A stretch of 64,000 nucleotides of DNA from Candidatus Calditenuis fumarioli (GTDB lineage: Archaea; Thermoproteota; Nitrososphaeria_A; Caldarchaeales; Calditenuaceae). The notes beneath the pieces are model-generated. The model saw nothing but the letters and a program-made list of their open reading frames with translations, searched no databases and was not told where the DNA came from. The DNA is taken from the NCBI GenBank assembly GCA_030059665.1, contig JANVYR010000002.1:128001-192000 (forward strand). The letters run 5' to 3'. Positions 56,507 to 64,000 of the stretch are shown piece by piece; the first letter of the stretch is position 1, and each line of letters starts with the position of its first letter. A program made the translations under genes and the position numbers.

Positions 56507-59403
56507 AGGTTCCGCCTCACCCTCCTCCTGAAGCTCGTTTTACCTCCCTCCTCTTCAGGCCTTCCCGACGAACCTCCCTCGACCGTCCCCCTCCTCGCGG
56601 GACCTCCCGCTGCCTTGGTGAGGCTCAGCGACCTGAGGATCCCCAGCGCGGCCACCGCCACCAGAGCCACCGAGACCACGTAGGGCGCCCCTCCCTGGAC
56701 CGGTCTCTGCGGAACCAAGGCTATGTTCCTCGAGCCGGGACCCGTGAGATCGATCCCTGCCTCCTGGCTCCAGGAGCTAGAGTTCAGCCTGATCAGGTAC
56801 CTGCCGGAGGGAAGGACCGCGCTCCCCTCGCCGGACGGCCCGACGTGCTGCGTGAGCAGCGGCCTGGCACCCTTTCCCTGCTGGATCAGGAGGAACGTGA
56901 CCGTGAGGTTCCCCACCGGCGTGCCCTCCACGTCCAGCACCCGGTAGGCCACCCCGTAGACCGGCAGCTCCATCTCCTCCTCGATCCTCGCGGCGTGGTT
57001 GACCTCGCTCCTTCCCACCTCTACGTCCATGAAGCGGTAAACGACCACGTAGTTCGACGCCGGCAACAGGACCGTTGCCCTCCCCCTCTCGTCGGTCGCG
57101 GTCTCCTCGATCAGCGCTCCCGAGCCCTTCAGCCTGTACTCCACCTTCACGCCCGGCAGCCCCCTCCTGTTCCCTCCCACGTCGAGGTAGAGGACGTCGA
57201 CAACCCTCCTGAAGACCCGCGTCACCAGCTGGAGCCTCTCGTCCTGCTCGTCGACCCTCTCCTCCGACTGCCTGACCTGAACGCCCTTGAATTCTATGGT
57301 GACACGGACCGTCCCGCCCGGGACCAGCCTGACCGTGGCGTTCCCGCGATCGTCCAGCTCTCCCTCGGCGCTGAACTCCCCTATCTCGAGCCTGTACCTC
57401 CCACCCGGCAGCGGCGACCTCTCCCCGTCGAGCGCGGTTATGTGCACCCTGAAGACCCTCGTCCCCGAGATCTCGAACCCCTTGTCCTCGATCCGGTACT
57501 CGACCTCGGCTCCGTAGACCTCGACTCCCATGTACCGCACCGTGACGTTGGCCTTGGAGTAGGGCACGTCCGGGAACAGCACCTTTCCGGTGGCGTTGGC
57601 CGTCCTCGTGTCCCGGTAGCCTCCCACCTGGAGCGTCACCAGCGCTCCCTCCAGAGGCACCTCACCGTCGTGGTCGAGCACCCTCACCACCAAGTCCAGC
57701 ACCCTGACCCTGATAGCGAGCTGACCCTGCCTGACGGTATTCTCGGCGAGCTCTCCCTCGGCCACCTGCACGTTCCTGTAGACGACCCTGTAGCCGTACT
57801 TCAGTGGGACCAGACCCTTCACCGCTCCGCCCTCGGCCGACAGCTGGACCGAGCCGATCTCCGAGTTGCCGACGCTCAGGATCAGCGTGCCGGGAACTGG
57901 TCTGCCGTCGAGGGAGACCGCTTTGACGTTGAGGTCCAGCACCTCGGGCCTGACGGTCAGGAGGTCTCCGTTCCTCTGGGGCCTGATGGTATCCTCCCCG
58001 ATGACCGAGCCCAGGTAGAGCAGCCTGTATCGGTAGGGCACGAGGGGTTGGTCCTTTGCTAGGAAGACTTCGTTCTCTCGGGTCGGCGTCATCTTGTAGC
58101 TCCCGCCATCGACGGTCAGCTCAAGAACCACCGCATCCCTAAGCAGCTGAGGGAGCCTGCCGAAGAGGCCCTCGAGGTTCAGGGAGATCCCGAAGTTGCC
58201 GAAGTTCAGCGTTAGCGTCACGCCCGTCCGTATGTCGTCGCCCCTCAGCGTCCCCTCGTAGACCTTCTGACCATCGAATAGGACCTGTACGACGTAGTCC
58301 CTGTCGGCCCTGACGTACCCGAAGTCGACGGAGTCGACTGAAGTCGTCCTGGACCTGTACTCGGAGTTGTCGTCCGTTCTGATCAGCTTCACCACGAGCT
58401 GGAACCCGGTTACAGGCCTGTTGTTCTGCGAGACCAGGCTGAACGCGAGCTTTTTGACCGGTAACGTCAGGTCGCCCAAGTTGACGTCTCCCGCTACGAC
58501 GAGGTCCCGCCTCTCGTCCACCAGCTCGTTGTCTATCTTGAAACGGAGCGAGTAAGTTCCTCCGGGCAGCAGCTTGAAGGTCACCAAGCCGTTGGAGTCG
58601 GAGGTCGTCGTGAGCAAAGGCGTCGCGCTGTCTTCTTTCAGGAGCTCTACCGTGACCCCCTGAATCGAGTTGCCTTCCATGTCCTGCACCTTCGCCGAGA
58701 TACTGTACAGGTCGAGTCTGACCTCCACGGAGGTTCTGTCGCTGCTTAGCGTGTGGGTAACGCTCTTCGTCAGCTTGACGTTCCCGACGGCCGTGTAGGA
58801 GACGTCGATGGTGTACTCCACATCGAGTTCGCCTGAGTCGGTGAGGTATTTTGCGGGCAGGTTCCTAACCACGAGGTTGCCGCTGCTGTCGGTCTGCGCA
58901 TTCCTGGCGATCTCCTGAGGATCGATTAGTGAGGAGGTGACGTTGACTCTGGCGCCTGGCACCGGAACCCCCGAGCTGCTGAGGACCCTGATGGTGAGGT
59001 GGTAAACGTCAAGCTTCACGGAGAAGGAAGTCCGAGGGCACTCTGTGCTGCAATCAAACTCGTTTTGAGTCTCGTTGACGAGCAGGCCTCTGAAGTAAAC
59101 CTTTATTACATATTTGGCGTCGGTGGTTCCGCTCATCAGCTGCAGGACCGCCCGTCCGCTCGAGTTAGTGATTGCCGAGCCTCTCATTCCTCCCGTGTTC
59201 GGCACCTTGGTCTCGTTGGTGTAATACGCGGTGACGTTAGCTCCCTGCAGTACCTCGTTGTGGCCGTTGAGGACGGTGACCGTGATGCTGACTATGTTCC
59301 CCTCCGCGCGGACCGGTTGGACCCAGAGCAGCAGGACCAGCGCGGCCGTTAACGCCAGCAAGAGCGCGAGGTGAGCCGCGGCCGGTCCCGGCCTTCGCCA
59401 CAT
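56503..59403 (-). CDS. Secreted 966-aa surface protein with tandem carboxypeptidase-regulatory-like domains and a TM anchor
   Basis: Signal peptide (…VQPVRA|EG), repeated V.D..G.P..G..V and T...G...F motifs, and a C-terminal TM. Overlaps the signal peptidase start by 4 nt. Confidence 0.8.
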   Translation of the reverse strand: MWRRPGPAAAHLALLLALTAALVLLLWVQPVRAEGNIVSITVTVLNGHNEVLQGANVTAYYTNETKVPNTGGMRGSAITNSSGRAVLQLMSGTTDAKYVIKVYFRGLLVNETQNEFDCSTECPRTSFSVKLDVYHLTIRVLSSSGVPVPGARVNVTSSLIDPQEIARNAQTDSSGNLVVRNLPAKYLTDSGELDVEYTIDVSYTAVGNVKLTKSVTHTLSSDRTSVEVRLDLYSISAKVQDMEGNSIQGVTVELLKEDSATPLLTTTSDSNGLVTFKLLPGGTYSLRFKIDNELVDERRDLVVAGDVNLGDLTLPVKKLAFSLVSQNNRPVTGFQLVVKLIRTDDNSEYRSRTTSVDSVDFGYVRADRDYVVQVLFDGQKVYEGTLRGDDIRTGVTLTLNFGNFGISLNLEGLFGRLPQLLRDAVVLELTVDGGSYKMTPTRENEVFLAKDQPLVPYRYRLLYLGSVIGEDTIRPQRNGDLLTVRPEVLDLNVKAVSLDGRPVPGTLILSVGNSEIGSVQLSAEGGAVKGLVPLKYGYRVVYRNVQVAEGELAENTVRQGQLAIRVRVLDLVVRVLDHDGEVPLEGALVTLQVGGYRDTRTANATGKVLFPDVPYSKANVTVRYMGVEVYGAEVEYRIEDKGFEISGTRVFRVHITALDGERSPLPGGRYRLEIGEFSAEGELDDRGNATVRLVPGGTVRVTIEFKGVQVRQSEERVDEQDERLQLVTRVFRRVVDVLYLDVGGNRRGLPGVKVEYRLKGSGALIEETATDERGRATVLLPASNYVVVYRFMDVEVGRSEVNHAARIEEEMELPVYGVAYRVLDVEGTPVGNLTVTFLLIQQGKGARPLLTQHVGPSGEGSAVLPSGRYLIRLNSSSWSQEAGIDLTGPGSRNIALVPQRPVQGGAPYVVSVALVAVAALGILRSLSLTKAAGGPARRGTVEGGSSGRPEEEGGKTSFRRRVRRNL

Positions 59404-59473
59404 GCCTGAGGGTATGGCTAATCCGGTTGCTTAAAACTGGTTCCTCAAGGATGTGGGGGTGCGCCTCCGTCCA

Positions 59474-59776
59474 CTACGGGGACGATCGGATCGCCAGTCC
59501 TCCGGCTATCGCGGGGAGCAGCAGTATCCGGTCGTTCTCCCGGACCCTCGCCTCGAGCCCTCCCAGCTCGTTCACGTTCCGGTCGTTGAGGAAGACGTTG
59601 ACGTGCCTCCTGACCCTCCCCTGCTCGTCGAGGAGCTGCGTCCTCAGCTGGGGATACCTCTCCACGAGGGCCCTGATCGCGTCTCCCACCGTCTCCGCCT
59701 CCAGCGACACCTTGTCGGCGTTGCCCACGTAGGGCCTCAGCGGCGCTGGGATGTAGACCTCGACCTTCTGCTTCAA
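59474..59776 (-). CDS. Ubiquitin-like beta-grasp protein (MoaD/SAMP/Urm1-like) with C-terminal extension
   Basis: ETVGDAI..LVERYP.L, HVNVFLNDRNV, then LLPAIAGG followed by LAIRSSP*. Confidence 0.85.
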   Translation of the reverse strand: MKQKVEVYIPAPLRPYVGNADKVSLEAETVGDAIRALVERYPQLRTQLLDEQGRVRRHVNVFLNDRNVNELGGLEARVRENDRILLLPAIAGGLAIRSSP

Positions 59777-59939
59777 TCCCTCATTGACGGGCCGGCCGCT
59801 TGATCATAACCCTAAGCGTCACGTCCGAGGCTTGTGCCTGCGCTGCTGGTGGACCTTCGGCCCGGTCACATACTACCCTGGTATTACGGACTGTCGGCTT
59901 GACCGGTTCGGTCCGCAAACCCTTTACGTGGAGGTGGTT

Positions 59940-59951
59940 GACAAATTTGTC
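59940..59951. promoter_or_regulatory. Perfect 12-bp palindrome GACAAATTTGTC (candidate operator)
   Basis: AT-rich inverted repeat 18 nt upstream of the ATG at 59970, in the divergent intergenic region shared with the ubiquitin-like gene. Confidence 0.5.
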
Positions 59952-59969
59952 TAACGCGGAGGCGGGCGG

Positions 59970-60401
59970 ATGGAGCGGAGTTCCCTCGCGATCCAGCGGC
60001 TTCAGGAGGCGCAGCAGGTCCACGCGGACCGGGACCCGGTGCTGCTCTATTTGGCCAGGAGGGGGGCGCTGACGGAGCGGCAGCTCCAGGTGCTGCTGGC
60101 GGAGATGGACCCGGCGAACAGGGGGAAGAAGATGTCGGAGCGCGCGGCGAAACTCGGCGTCACGAAGGGGACCTACGCCAAGGTGTTGCAGCAGGCCCTG
60201 AGAAACGTGACGCAGAGCGTCTTCACCGTCCTCCTGATCAGCTACCTCGGTCTGGCGGGCGAGGAGGGCTGCAGCTGGCTCGTCGAGGTGGGTCAGCTCC
60301 TGAGGGAGGGGAGGTTCGAAGAGGCCGCAGAGGTGCTCGATGGCGTGCAACGGAGCCTCAGGAAGGCCCTTCGGGACCCCGGTTCCACCGCTTCTCCCTG
60401 A
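59970..60401 (+). CDS. HTH-type DNA-binding protein
   Basis: LTERQLQVL...SERAAKLGVTKGTYAKVLQQA helix-turn-helix pattern. Confidence 0.65.
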   Translation: MERSSLAIQRLQEAQQVHADRDPVLLYLARRGALTERQLQVLLAEMDPANRGKKMSERAAKLGVTKGTYAKVLQQALRNVTQSVFTVLLISYLGLAGEEGCSWLVEVGQLLREGRFEEAAEVLDGVQRSLRKALRDPGSTASP

Positions 60402-60732
60402 ACGCCGCCGCGAAGACTGCAGCCAAGGCTATCATCCCCCCGTGGGCCGCCCTGAAGGCAAGGTCTCTCGAGGCGTCCAAGACGGCTCCAGACATCCTGT
60501 ATCCGACTAGAATCAGTAGAATCATTGCTAGAACGTGACCGAACTTGCCCTTCCAAATCATTAGAATCGAGGCGAGAAATCCTGCGAGAAACAGGAAGTT
60601 TGAAACGGCGAGGGTGGTCTGCCCTTCTAATAGCGTTCTAATCCCTTGGAATCCGTATAGAATCACGTTGAGCGCGCCGAGAGCGGTGGAAGCGGCCGGG
60701 ATTCTAATTCCCACTGAGCGGTTGCGCGCCAT
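60358..60732 (-). CDS. Small four-TM membrane protein (lower GC)
   Basis: From ATG at 60732: MARNRSVGIRIP..., with four hydrophobic segments. Confidence 0.6.
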   Translation of the reverse strand: MARNRSVGIRIPAASTALGALNVILYGFQGIRTLLEGQTTLAVSNFLFLAGFLASILMIWKGKFGHVLAMILLILVGYRMSGAVLDASRDLAFRAAHGGMIALAAVFAAAFREKRWNRGPEGPS

Positions 60733-60912
60733 TCTTCCCCAGCTGCACCTACTCGGTAGGACGTAGAAATATACGCTATCTTCAGCCACGACCCGAATGG
60801 CCAACCCTTTGCGGACCTCGTCTGCGGGTTGAGGTTCCGGGGTCTGGAACGGGCTTCCACTTCCTGTGCAAAGGGCACGCTTTATCGACGGCGCAGATGT
60901 CGACCTGGTGGG

Positions 60913-61296
60913 TTGCCGAGGAAGAGGCTCAAGCTCGAGATGGTGGACGAGGACGGCGACAAGATCACGCTGGTGGTGGAGGGAAACATAACCCGTGAGA
61001 AGATACTCCAGCTGGCGGACCTGATGGAGCTGTACTCCGGGCACCCGGATCGCAGCTCGACCATCGAGAACAAGCTGGTCCGGCTCGCAAGGGCTCTTGA
61101 GCGGAGGTTCCCGAGCGGTGACTTCAGCTCCCGGGAGGCCCTCGAGGCGTACGTTGAGGAGTACGGAGAGGAGATCCCCCTCAGCACCGTCTCGACCTAT
61201 CTGGCCCGGCTCACCGAGAGGGGCTTCCTGGAGCGGGTCAGGGGGCCCGGATACATCAGGTACCGGCTAGCCAGGTCCGCCGAGGCCCAGGGGTAG
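60913..61296 (+). CDS. Winged-helix DNA-binding protein
   Basis: Probable TTG start at 60913. C-terminal IPLSTVSTYLARLTERGFLER...YRL wHTH. Confidence 0.7.
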   Translation: MPRKRLKLEMVDEDGDKITLVVEGNITREKILQLADLMELYSGHPDRSSTIENKLVRLARALERRFPSGDFSSREALEAYVEEYGEEIPLSTVSTYLARLTERGFLERVRGPGYIRYRLARSAEAQG

Positions 61297-61308
61297 CGGA
61301 GCGCCCGG

Positions 61309-61435
61309 GAGGGCTATGCTCTGCTGACGATACTCAGACCGGCTGAGCTCCATCCAGCGGTGAGGGGGGGCCTCTCGGAGAAGTCGCTGCCACACTACGG
61401 TCCGGAATGGGCGCCGGAGGTGTAGAGGGCGAAGG
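61309..61435 (+). pseudogene. Decayed fragment copied from the 5' end of the class V aminotransferase gene (53081-53206)
   Basis: GAGGGCTATGCTCTGCTGACGATA...CTCTCGGAGAAGTCGCTGCCACACTACGGTCCGGAATGGGCGCCGGAGGTGTAG matches the reverse complement of 53081-53206, with scattered substitutions and GAG->TAG. Confidence 0.85.
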
Positions 61436-61581
61436 GCCAGGGCCTGGATACGGACCCACGACATCCACGTCTCCCCATCAGCCCGGATTACGGGCAAGGC
61501 CCTCTGGCCGCGTGCCTCCGCCAGCTGAGATGAAACCCTCAGGCCCTCAGCTCCCGCGCAAATCGCTGCCGACCGGAAAGG

Positions 61582-62031
61582 TCATCCCCTGCTGACCGCG
61601 AGGATCGCCACCTTGTCGTTGGCGCACGACAGCGAGATCGTCCCCGCTGAGTAGGAACGGCTCGGGTCGAACGCTCCCCACACGACGGAGAAGAGCCTGT
61701 GGTCCACCTCCACTGAACCGTCGCTGCTCCGCATCAGCTTGACCACGGTGAAGTTCACAGCTATTCCACGAGGTGCCACAGAGGCAATGATGCCCAGCGC
61801 TTCATCCGGTGATGTGTACTCTTCTCTGCAGATGAGCTCGTCGAGGTCGCCCCTCTCGTTGAGGGCCCCCAGCATTTTGTTGGCAATCTCCTCCAGGTCT
61901 CCCCTGTGCTCGGAGGTCGAGGCCGTCTTCAGCGAGACTATCTGGATGTACAGCATCAGCCCGATCACTATTATCGAGGCCGCAAGTATCGCCTCGACGG
62001 TCCACGCTATCCCGGCCCTGCGCCTCCTCAC
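61582..62031 (-). CDS. Pilin-like protein with class III-type signal peptide
   Basis: A GTG start at 62031 overlaps the upstream TGA. MRRRRAG|IAWTVEAILAASIIVIGLMLY shows a basic leader, Gly and a hydrophobic helix with an early Glu. Confidence 0.6.
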   Translation of the reverse strand: MRRRRAGIAWTVEAILAASIIVIGLMLYIQIVSLKTASTSEHRGDLEEIANKMLGALNERGDLDELICREEYTSPDEALGIIASVAPRGIAVNFTVVKLMRSSDGSVEVDHRLFSVVWGAFDPSRSYSAGTISLSCANDKVAILAVSRG

Positions 62032-62825
62032 ATCGCCCCACCCGACCAGGCCCAGACCTCGATCGTTATCGAGACGCCGTTCTCCATGATCGTGGAGTCT
62101 GAGACGTAGACCGCATCGCTCGGCACCCTGACGCTCGACGGATCGACGGATCTGCCCTTGACGAAGGCCAGCACCGCCTCTGGATACGCAGACGGGACGA
62201 CGACGTATGAGCCGCCATCGGTGTAGAAAACGATCGGCGACTCGTGTGTGAAGACGCTCGTCAGCGCACCGGGTTCTATTGTGTCGCTGTACGTGAAGGA
62301 GCACACCTTAAGCTGAGCGTTCGCCCTGATGGTTCCATCGCTCTCGATTTTCACGAGGTTCGGATCCGGCCTCATCCCGGTGATTCCGACGCCGTACCTG
62401 GAGACCGCAACGCCCTTCCCCGGACCAGTGGGGCAGGCGAAGACCTGCGAGGGGAAGGACGGCGATGCACCGGCTTGGGAGATGGCGATACGCTGGGGGA
62501 AACTGATCCTCGCCACGAAGTCGACCCGGAACCCCGTTAGGTCCATCGCAGGCCGACCGACGTAGCTCGGGTTCAGCTCGAGGAGGTTCTTGGACGACCT
62601 CGAGATGTAGCCCTTCAGGAAGTTGGTGACGGCCCTGGCCTCTGCCCTCACCATCGCGTCCTCCGTGTAGCTCAGGTACATCGATCCGCCGCTCAGCGCG
62701 AAGACCACCACGACCCCGACCGCAAGGGCGAAGACGCCCGCAGCGATCGCGGCGTCGACGACCGCCTCCAACGAGGGACGACCAGAGTGCTGGGCTAAAA
62801 GCGTTGTTTCCGGGACGATCCTCAA
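62028..62825 (-). CDS. Putative pilin-like/secreted protein
   Basis: …HSG|RPSLEAVVDAAIAAGVFALAVGVVVVF N-terminal hydrophobic helix. Translationally coupled to the next gene. Confidence 0.5.
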   Translation of the reverse strand: MRIVPETTLLAQHSGRPSLEAVVDAAIAAGVFALAVGVVVVFALSGGSMYLSYTEDAMVRAEARAVTNFLKGYISRSSKNLLELNPSYVGRPAMDLTGFRVDFVARISFPQRIAISQAGASPSFPSQVFACPTGPGKGVAVSRYGVGITGMRPDPNLVKIESDGTIRANAQLKVCSFTYSDTIEPGALTSVFTHESPIVFYTDGGSYVVVPSAYPEAVLAFVKGRSVDPSSVRVPSDAVYVSDSTIMENGVSITIEVWAWSGGAM

Positions 62826-62879
62826 ACGCGCCGATGCCCACCAGATTTTAATATCGTTGCGTTATGCCGGAGGCGGATC

Positions 62880-63179
62880 ATGGAGGAGCTGCTGAGGCGG
62901 ATCAAGGTCGAGATCGTGGGCAATTACAGGAACTTCGTCCCGAGCCTCGGCGTCACGACAGACGGCACGTGGGAGATCCAGATCCTGGACAAGTTCGAGA
63001 GCTTCATGGGGCCGCTCGAGTGCCCCATCGACAGGGAGGAGGTTAAGCTGGAGGAGGCCGTTCTCTGTCCCATCTGCATGACGCCCTACCACCTGGACTG
63101 CGCCAGACTGCTCGCCAGCAGGAGGGAGAAGTGCTGGAAGTGCGACAAGTTCGAGAGGTTCGATCTGCTGGTGACGTGA
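62880..63179 (+). CDS. RING-finger-like Zn-binding protein (prokaryotic RING_1-like)
   Basis: CPID-x10-CPIC-MTPY-H-LD-C-x10-CWKC ligand spacing. Confidence 0.65.
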   Translation: MEELLRRIKVEIVGNYRNFVPSLGVTTDGTWEIQILDKFESFMGPLECPIDREEVKLEEAVLCPICMTPYHLDCARLLASRREKCWKCDKFERFDLLVT

Positions 63180-63180
63180 G

Positions 63181-64000
63181 GTGGAGCCCGCGGAGACGAG
63201 GAAGGTTCTGCTCACACTGGTGACCGATCCACGACGGTTCGGCAGCTCACTCTACTTCAACCCCGACGTGCTCGGCTTCAGGCTCGGCACGGATTCGTGG
63301 ACGGCCCTCGAGGCGCTCGTCTCGCTGGAGGACGCGGGGATCCTGAAGCTCTCGGCCCCACCGGAGCTGGAGCTCCTGTATCAGGTCGAGCTGACCAAGG
63401 TGCGCGTCGCCAACTTCCTCGAATTGAAGGGTTACCAGGAGATCACCTCCGACTTCAAGAGGGTCTGGCTTCTGGGGAGGGTGCTGAAGCTAGAGTCGCC
63501 TCAGCAGCTCGGTCTCCGTCTAACGGACTACTCTCCGAGGCTCTCCGCCCTTTCGGGGAACCTGACTAAGATGTTGAAGCTCTTCGAGAGCAAGTCGCTG
63601 GTCAGCAAGGAGGTCTACATGAGGGTCGCGTCCTCGGTGATGCGCGAGACGGCCTCTGCCGCGAGGGACGCGAAGGAGATACTGTCGGAGCTGAGCGACT
63701 TGGTCCGCACGATATCCCAGCTGATATCCAGGCTCAGGGAGGCGCGATCGTCCATCGAGGAGACGTCCGCCAAGCTGGGTATCAAGCTGGAGGAGAACGA
63801 GAGCCTGATCAGGGCCTACCGCGAATCGGAGCGCGAGCTGCTGGAGCTCCTCGGGCTCGTCAAGTCCAAGCTGCTCGAATCCTTCCCCAACTGGAGCGCC
63901 GTCCTTACCTCGTACGACAAGCTCAGGAGCGAGTTCGGTGCGACAGGGCAAGATTTCATCTCGGCGCTGGAGACCATGAAGTCCATAAACGACAAATTCG
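63181..64000 (+). CDS. Hypothetical protein with long coiled coil (partial; runs off window end)
   Basis: Manual translation from GTG at 63181 (MEPAETRKVLLTLVTDPRRFGSSLYFNPD...) stays open to 64000. Heptad-rich after about residue 150; starts 1 nt after the RING stop. Confidence 0.7.
   Translation, partial: MEPAETRKVLLTLVTDPRRFGSSLYFNPDVLGFRLGTDSWTALEALVSLEDAGILKLSAPPELELLYQVELTKVRVANFLELKGYQEITSDFKRVWLLGRVLKLESPQQLGLRLTDYSPRLSALSGNLTKMLKLFESKSLVSKEVYMRVASSVMRETASAARDAKEILSELSDLVRTISQLISRLREARSSIEETSAKLGIKLEENESLIRAYRESERELLELLGLVKSKLLESFPNWSAVLTSYDKLRSEFGATGQDFISALETMKSINDKF

Noticed and set aside
1-64000. CRISPR array (prompted by csx1)
   Set aside because: No regularly spaced 24-40 bp repeats with unique spacers were seen. 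The short repeats in the nuclease paralogs are in-frame heptad codons.

Overview
GC-rich archaeal chromosomal window, probably from a thermophilic TACK-lineage organism (Aigarchaeota/Caldarchaeales-like). That placement is inferred from gene content and BHB tRNA introns, not established. Most of the window is housekeeping and metabolism: Lhr helicase (partial), methanogen-type SerRS, HMG-CoA reductase, RNase P RNA and Rpp21, class II fumarase, Ino1, LysW/LysX, aEF-1beta, SHMT, CdrS-FtsZ, MscS, GatD and signal peptidase I. Accessory elements are scattered through it: three HEPN/MNT toxin-antitoxin-like pairs (one frameshifted), a frameshifted PaREP1 gene, an orphan Csx1-type CARF-HEPN nuclease with no cas genes or array in view, and four paralogous coiled-coil + PD-(D/E)XK proteins that share a near-identical middle module but carry three different nuclease ends. 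The most striking items are a 454-aa LAGLIDADG intein splitting the CxxxCxxC motif of a radical SAM enzyme (creating a CxxC redox-trap geometry), a tRNA-Leu(CAA) with two introns, a 2470-aa surface protein, a ubiquitin-like protein with a masked Gly-Gly, and a RING-like gene next to pilin-like genes. All family assignments come from recognising motifs by eye; no database searches were run.
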